Shown here: piece by piece, positions 59,625-64,000 of the stretch
How the letters are laid out: each line of letters begins with the position of its first letter
How positions within the stretch are numbered: the stretch's first letter is position 1
Assembly: GCA_965200535.1 (NCBI GenBank)
Contig: CBDAUF010000001.1
Location: 1,162,102-1,226,101, forward strand
Source of the DNA: Alphaproteobacteria bacterium
Lineage (GTDB): Bacteria; Pseudomonadota; Alphaproteobacteria; MPNO01
Reading direction: 5' to 3'
Length of the DNA: 64,000 nt
Position numbers and translations under genes: made by a program
Notes under the pieces: model-generated
What the model saw: only the letters and a program-made list of their open reading frames with translations
Told to the model about the DNA's origin: nothing
The model's database searches: none

Positions 59625-61331
59625 TTATTGTACTCGGCAGTAGCATGACGACGTAATGGCAACGTCGGCTCTTGCCAAAGCAAACCCGAGCTTCTGTTCG
59701 AGGATCTGCGCTTCTTTCGAATCGCGATTTTCTCGCACACATTCCAACAGCCCATGCATAGCCCACAGGTTATCCGGATGCTGGCTACAGCGGGCGATCT
59801 CGTCGGTGTAGCCGAGATCTGCTCTGTAAACGGCTTCCGCTTCTTCCAACCGACCTCGCTGCAACAACAGTGCACCCAGGGCATGACGCGGCGGATGCAT
59901 CCACGCCCACGGTTCGGTGAAGTTCAGATTGTCGTCCCTCTGAACAGCCAAGCGCAATAAATCAAAGGCGAGATCGTAGTTTTGCTTCCTATATTCCAAT
60001 TCCCCTTCCAGCATGGCCTTGCCGACAAGCAGGATATCACGCACAAAATTGCTGAGGAAAATTTCGTTTTCGGGAATCGCTTGAAGACGCCTTTCGAACT
60101 GTACCCTGGCGGCTTCCGCGCTTTCGATATCGCCCAAGGCGGAATATGCCACCCCCTTGCCGTAGTAATGCATGGCAGTCCGGATCGGGGTTCCTTCCGG
60201 GCGTTCCGGCAATCCGTCTTCAATCAGCTCTCGCCATTTTCCAAAACGCACGTATACATGGGTTCGCATCGCCGAATAACCATCCAGGATGTTAGCCATG
60301 AATGGGTAGCTTGAGGCAATTAATTGCGGGGTTGCCGTGGTGCAAATTCGGTTTGCGGCGTTGATCGCGTCCACGTAGCGGCCAAAAAACATGGCGGTGT
60401 ACATGTATAGATGAAAATCGTGGCATCGAGCGGTAGTGTAAAAGTTATTGGGACCGGCAATGTCCAAATATTTGTCGTCCGCACGAACGGCGCGACGGGA
60501 CTGTTCCATTGCCTGTGCGTAATCGCCGCACAGCACGTAAATATGCGCCGCTACATGCTCTATGTGACCTCCGTCCGCCACCAGTCCGCGCAGCATGTCC
60601 GCGGCGCGCAGAGCCCGTTCAGGAAATGGCGACATCTCCATCGCGTGGATATACATATGTAGAACACCGGGATGGCGGATCCCCGTCTTATCGGTTTCCC
60701 GGACCGCAGTCTCCAGAACGGAAATTGCTTCCTCGGTCAAGGCGTCCGGATTCGGTCTCCCGGTCTTGAGATTCCACAAACGCCGAGGCGTGCAGGTTAT
60801 AGCCGCCTCCGCAAACAGAGCAACTACATCAAGGTCGGTCCGGAAAGCGGCGTAAACCGCTCGCATTTCATCGGTAAATTCGCGATGCCATCGATCCAAT
60901 ACTCGATGCTTGTTTTCGCTTCGAGATTGATAGCGGGCCGATATTGCCCGTATCAGCGCACGCTCGTCCGGTCTGTCGTTATCGGCTCTATCCAGCGCGC
61001 GGCATGCTTCTTTTGCAGCGTCATAGCATTGCGGCAATGTCTCGGTAATCTCTCGCTCGGTATAGCGGATCCAGGGGCGGTTGTAGAATGGTCCGCCGGC
61101 ATAGGCGATGCCCCACCAAGCCATCGCACAGTCGGGGTCGTGTCGGAGCGCTTCACGGAAACACGATACGGCCTCTTCATGATTGTAAGCGTATGTCCAG
61201 TTCAGCCCTAAACTGAACCACGCCTTTGCTTCTGGCGACGCGGCCTTGACGTCTCTTTTCCAAGCGCCGAGATCAAATTCATAACGCGCAGAACTTTTCG
61301 CATGACCAATGCTCGAATAATTCTCTTTCAC
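59625..61331 (-). CDS. TPR-like helical repeat protein (568 aa, ~52% GC)
   Basis: Long helical repeat protein, paralogous to 56087..57370 and of markedly lower GC than its surroundings. Confidence 0.55.
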   Translation of the reverse strand: MKENYSSIGHAKSSARYEFDLGAWKRDVKAASPEAKAWFSLGLNWTYAYNHEEAVSCFREALRHDPDCAMAWWGIAYAGGPFYNRPWIRYTEREITETLPQCYDAAKEACRALDRADNDRPDERALIRAISARYQSRSENKHRVLDRWHREFTDEMRAVYAAFRTDLDVVALFAEAAITCTPRRLWNLKTGRPNPDALTEEAISVLETAVRETDKTGIRHPGVLHMYIHAMEMSPFPERALRAADMLRGLVADGGHIEHVAAHIYVLCGDYAQAMEQSRRAVRADDKYLDIAGPNNFYTTARCHDFHLYMYTAMFFGRYVDAINAANRICTTATPQLIASSYPFMANILDGYSAMRTHVYVRFGKWRELIEDGLPERPEGTPIRTAMHYYGKGVAYSALGDIESAEAARVQFERRLQAIPENEIFLSNFVRDILLVGKAMLEGELEYRKQNYDLAFDLLRLAVQRDDNLNFTEPWAWMHPPRHALGALLLQRGRLEEAEAVYRADLGYTDEIARCSQHPDNLWAMHGLLECVRENRDSKEAQILEQKLGFALARADVAITSSCYCRVQ

Positions 61332-61793
61332 CGATCATTTCTCACCGTTGCAGCGCCCGACTTGGTGATACACGCGAAAGATAAATTCGTCAACAAGAGA
61401 GATAATGACAAACGCAAACAGCGTCCGGGAAGCCGGCTCTCTTCGAGAACCTGGCAGCGGCATCTGCTGTGCCGCCGCAAAACCCGGCGGGTCAGCCGAG
61501 ACCCTCGCGATGGGAATTATACGCTTGGCTAGCCAGAGTTGGAATCTGTATCAGGATTCCATGGCGATACCAAGCCGAGGCAAAGATCGAGACGCCTAAG
61601 GGTGCTCGGAGCCAAACCTTCGTGAGGCTCTATTCCGGGTTCAAGCACATGGCGCTTGCCGTCGGGGGAGGCCAACCTAGTGAAACCTCCCCACTCGTTG
61701 CTTCCTGCCTGATCTGCTCGACCGCCTTCACCACCCAGTCATTCGCAGTATTCGGCGAAGGTAGGGAACGACTGGAACGGATGCGCGGACACC

Positions 61794-62096
61794 TTAAGCT
61801 GCAAGCTCTAGTTGATTTTCTTCCTTCTCGAAGATTCTTCCCCTTCTGACGCCGGGGGCATCCCACATTTCATGATACCGGGCAGGTGCGGGTTCGATCC
61901 CGTCGAACGGCCTTCCCGACCGGGCACGGGTATCGTCCAACGTTGCCCGATAGGCTGTCCGCAGCCGTTGCTTGACCTCATCCATGCTGCAACCCTGCGC
62001 ACCGATATAGTGTTCAAGGCAGACGGCCACATAGACTTCGTCTTCCTTGAAGATCACGAATCGTATGGCATTGGATTGGTTCATCCTTTCCCCCAT
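61794..62096 (-). CDS. HicB-like (UPF0150/RNase-H-fold) antitoxin-family protein, no HicA partner found
   Basis: IRFVIFKEDEVYVAVCLEHYIGAQGCSMDEVKQRLRTAY resembles HicB N-domains. Low confidence. Confidence 0.35.
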   Translation of the reverse strand: MGERMNQSNAIRFVIFKEDEVYVAVCLEHYIGAQGCSMDEVKQRLRTAYRATLDDTRARSGRPFDGIEPAPARYHEMWDAPGVRRGRIFEKEENQLELAA

Positions 62097-62192
62097 CCCT
62101 TGGAGAGACGATCCAATAGATGGAGATTTTCCTTGTCAAGAGGGTTGACGCTGCCCCCTTTTCTCTTATATTACTAGCCAGAGATAGACGGG

Positions 62193-63191
62193 TTGCAGAG
62201 CATCGAGGGAGTAAGGAAGATGGCAAAGCGGGGTCCGGGCAAGGCGCATCGGGAAGGGATGACGGTCATCGAGCTACTCAAGATGTTCCCCGACGATGCA
62301 GCGGCGGAGAAATGGTTCGAGGCGCAGCGCTGGCCGGAAGGCCGGTTCTGCCCGGACTGCGGCTCCACGGATACCGTCCCTGTCGCCAGCCGCAAGCCCA
62401 TGCCGCACCGCTGCCGGTCTTGCCGGGGTCACTTCTCGGTCAAAAAGGGAACGGTCATGCAGTCCAGCAAGATCGGGCTGCAAAAGTGGGTCATCGCCAT
62501 CTACATGATGACGACCGGACTCAAGGGAACGTCCAGCATGAAGCTGTACCGCGAGGTCGGCATTCGACAAGCGACCGCTTGGTTCATGATGCAGCGCATC
62601 CGCGAGGGTTTCGACCTTGGCTAGGGAAAGCCGTTTCCCGGCCCTGTCGAGGTTGACGAGACCTATATCGGCGGCAAGCGCAAGAACATGCCGAAAGCCA
62701 AGCGCGAAGCGATGACGGGCCGGGGCGCGGTCGGCAAGACCATCGTGGCGGGCGCTAAGGATCGCCAGACTAACGCGGTTTCCGCCCGTACAGTTCCGAA
62801 CACGCAGATGGCCACGCTGCAAGGCTTTGTGAAGGAAAACGCGGTCCCTTGCGCCACCATCTACACTGACGAAGCCCCGGCCTATGTCGGGATGCGGTAC
62901 AACCACGAAAGCGTCAATCACTCGGCTGGCGAATACGTCCGCAACGATGCCCATACCCAAGGGATCGAATCCTTCTGGTCGATGTTCAAGCGCGGCTATC
63001 AGGGCACCTACCACAAGATGAGCCCTAAGCATCTTGAACGGTACGTGACGGAGTTCGCCGAGCGCCATAACGACCGCGACGCCGATACGGTCGATCAAAT
63101 GGGCAAGCTAGCAAAGGGAATGACGGGCAAGCGGCTGCGTTACGAAGACCTGATCGCCGATAACGGGCTGGAGAGCGGAGCGCGGGCGTGA
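62193..63191 (+). mobile_element. IS1595-family transposase gene (Zn-ribbon plus DDE domain) interrupted by one in-frame TAG at 62625-62627
   Basis: CPDCGS…CRSCRGHF zinc ribbon in ORF 62193..62624 and EVDETYIGGK plus a DDE_Tnp_IS1595-like domain in ORF 62688..63191. Both are in the same frame. The IS ends were not identified. Confidence 0.75.
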
Positions 63192-64000
63192 CCGCCAACT
63201 TTGCGAGCGGGACGATTTGGACGGGTGATAACCTGTCCGTCATGCGAGGCATGAACGATGCCTGCATTGACCTGATCTATCTCGATCCGCCGTTCAATTC
63301 GAACCGCACCTATGAAGCGCCGATAGGCAGCAAGGCGGCTGGCGCATCGTTCAAGGATGCATGGACGCTGGCGGACGTGGACGTGTACGAGCATGGCGAA
63401 CTGGCGGATCGCAACCCCGCCGCCTATGCCGTTATCGAGGCTGCCCGTCTCGCTCACGGCAAGGGCATGATGTCATACCTGATATTCATGGCCGTGCGGC
63501 TGCTAGAGATGCAGCGCATCCTCAAGCCGACAGGAAGCATCTACCTGCATTGCGATCCGACCGCCTCGCACTACCTCAAGTTGCCAATGGATGCAATCTT
63601 CGGGCGAGCCAACTTCAAAAACGAAGTCATATGGTCATATCGTCGCTGGCCATCGAAAAGCCGCAACTTCCAGACCATGCATGATGTTCTGTTGTTTTTC
63701 ACCGCCGGTGAGCCGCATATATTCAATGTCGCGTACGAACCGCCGAGCAAAAGCTATCTCAAGCGATTCAAAGGGAAAACCCAAATTCTCGACCCGGAAA
63801 CGCGGACGCGAAAGCTGGTAGTTGAAGCCCCCACCAAGGGATTGCCGAGACGCGATGTATGGGAAATGTCAATCATCGCGGGATCATCAAAGGAACGTCT
63901 CGGCTATCCAACGCAGAAGCCTCTTGCGTTGCTGACCCGGATTATCGAAGCCAGTTCCAACCCCGGCGACATGGTGCTTGATCCCTTCTGCGGGTGCGCG
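63188..64000 (+). CDS. N6-adenine/N4-cytosine DNA methyltransferase (PF01555-type, DPPF motif), 3'-partial at window end
   Basis: …IWTGDNLSVMRGMNDACIDLIYLDPPFNS… …SIYLHCDP… Its GTG start overlaps the transposase TGA (GTGA). Confidence 0.8.
   Translation, partial: MTANFASGTIWTGDNLSVMRGMNDACIDLIYLDPPFNSNRTYEAPIGSKAAGASFKDAWTLADVDVYEHGELADRNPAAYAVIEAARLAHGKGMMSYLIFMAVRLLEMQRILKPTGSIYLHCDPTASHYLKLPMDAIFGRANFKNEVIWSYRRWPSKSRNFQTMHDVLLFFTAGEPHIFNVAYEPPSKSYLKRFKGKTQILDPETRTRKLVVEAPTKGLPRRDVWEMSIIAGSSKERLGYPTQKPLALLTRIIEASSNPGDMVLDPFCGCA

Noticed and set aside
61332-61793. 460-bp ~50% GC gap between the second TPR gene and the HicB-like gene as a possible small RNA or degraded hicA.
   Set aside because: No convincing ORF, promoter-terminator pair or structure could be identified by eye.
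61880-61925. tRNA T-arm-like sequence GCGGGTTCGATCCCGTCGAACGG, suggestive of a tRNA 3' fragment marking an integration site.
   Set aside because: No matching acceptor 5' strand, D-arm or anticodon arm upstream. It lies inside the HicB-like coding region, so it is most likely coincidental.
58587-62627. In-frame TAG codons as pyrrolysine or reassigned sense codons.
   Set aside because: TAG terminates clearly bona fide genes in the same window (flp, the aminotransferase). No pyl genes were seen. Pseudogenisation or sequencing error is more parsimonious.

Overview
This is a high-GC (about 68-70%) chromosomal window, probably alphaproteobacterial; that taxonomic guess is an inference. It carries several distinct blocks.

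1) A minus-strand Tad/Flp pilus locus at 1-9532. Gene order is a CpaD-like lipoprotein, a CpaE paralog, two TadE-like genes, a long intergenic region with repeated motifs, the flp pilin, a TadZ/CpaE with a roughly 300-aa acidic repeat extension, tadA/cpaF, tadB and tadC.

2) Lower-GC small coiled-coil genes of the DUF1640 type, duplicated, at 9815-10695.

3) A lower-GC island at about 12130-16455 between a GT4 and a GT25 glycosyltransferase. It contains hypothetical genes, a 13-nt poly-C tract, a 44-bp direct repeat upstream of two genes, and an AAA_21 ABC-ATPase + DUF4276-like gene pair that is a candidate abortive-infection/defence module.

4) A catabolic neighbourhood at 17818-49760:
- Rieske dioxygenase alpha/beta.
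- Oxamate carbamoyltransferase-type genes: allG/ylbE (DUF1116), fdrA, ylbF (DUF2877), and carbamate kinase.
- A class-V aminotransferase, ATP12 and lipB.
- tRNA-Leu(GAG), then mgtE.
- A PuuE-like deacetylase and a membrane-anchored SNase-like protein.
- A three-subunit molybdenum hydroxylase of the XDH/Cox family.
- A valine-catabolism operon: acyl-CoA dehydrogenase, 3-hydroxyisobutyryl-CoA hydrolase, 3-hydroxyisobutyrate dehydrogenase.
- Hydantoinase A/B.
- A split TPP decarboxylase (ComD/ComE-like) with CoxG.
- A 5'-nucleotidase, a GFA protein and a P450.
- An M20 amidohydrolase with TRAP dctPQM.

5) A mosaic 3' end at 52884-64000:
- parDE with a degraded parE.
- A fragment of an outer-membrane protein gene.
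- A DUF1640 gene with 4 x 51-bp tandem repeats.
- An XRE regulator plus a desaturase-like gene.
- Two paralogous TPR proteins.
- A MetE-like gene and an IS1595 transposase, each interrupted by a single in-frame TAG.
- A HicB-like gene.
- A 5'-end of a DNA methyltransferase gene (truncated at the window edge) whose GTG start overlaps the transposase stop.

No rRNA genes or CRISPR arrays were seen. Many long GC-rich ORFs in the six-frame track overlap these genes and are treated as frame artefacts. Coordinates follow the ORF track where possible. Hand-counted positions may be off by 1-2 nt, because two printed lines (at 5941 and 63181) do not hold exactly 60 characters.
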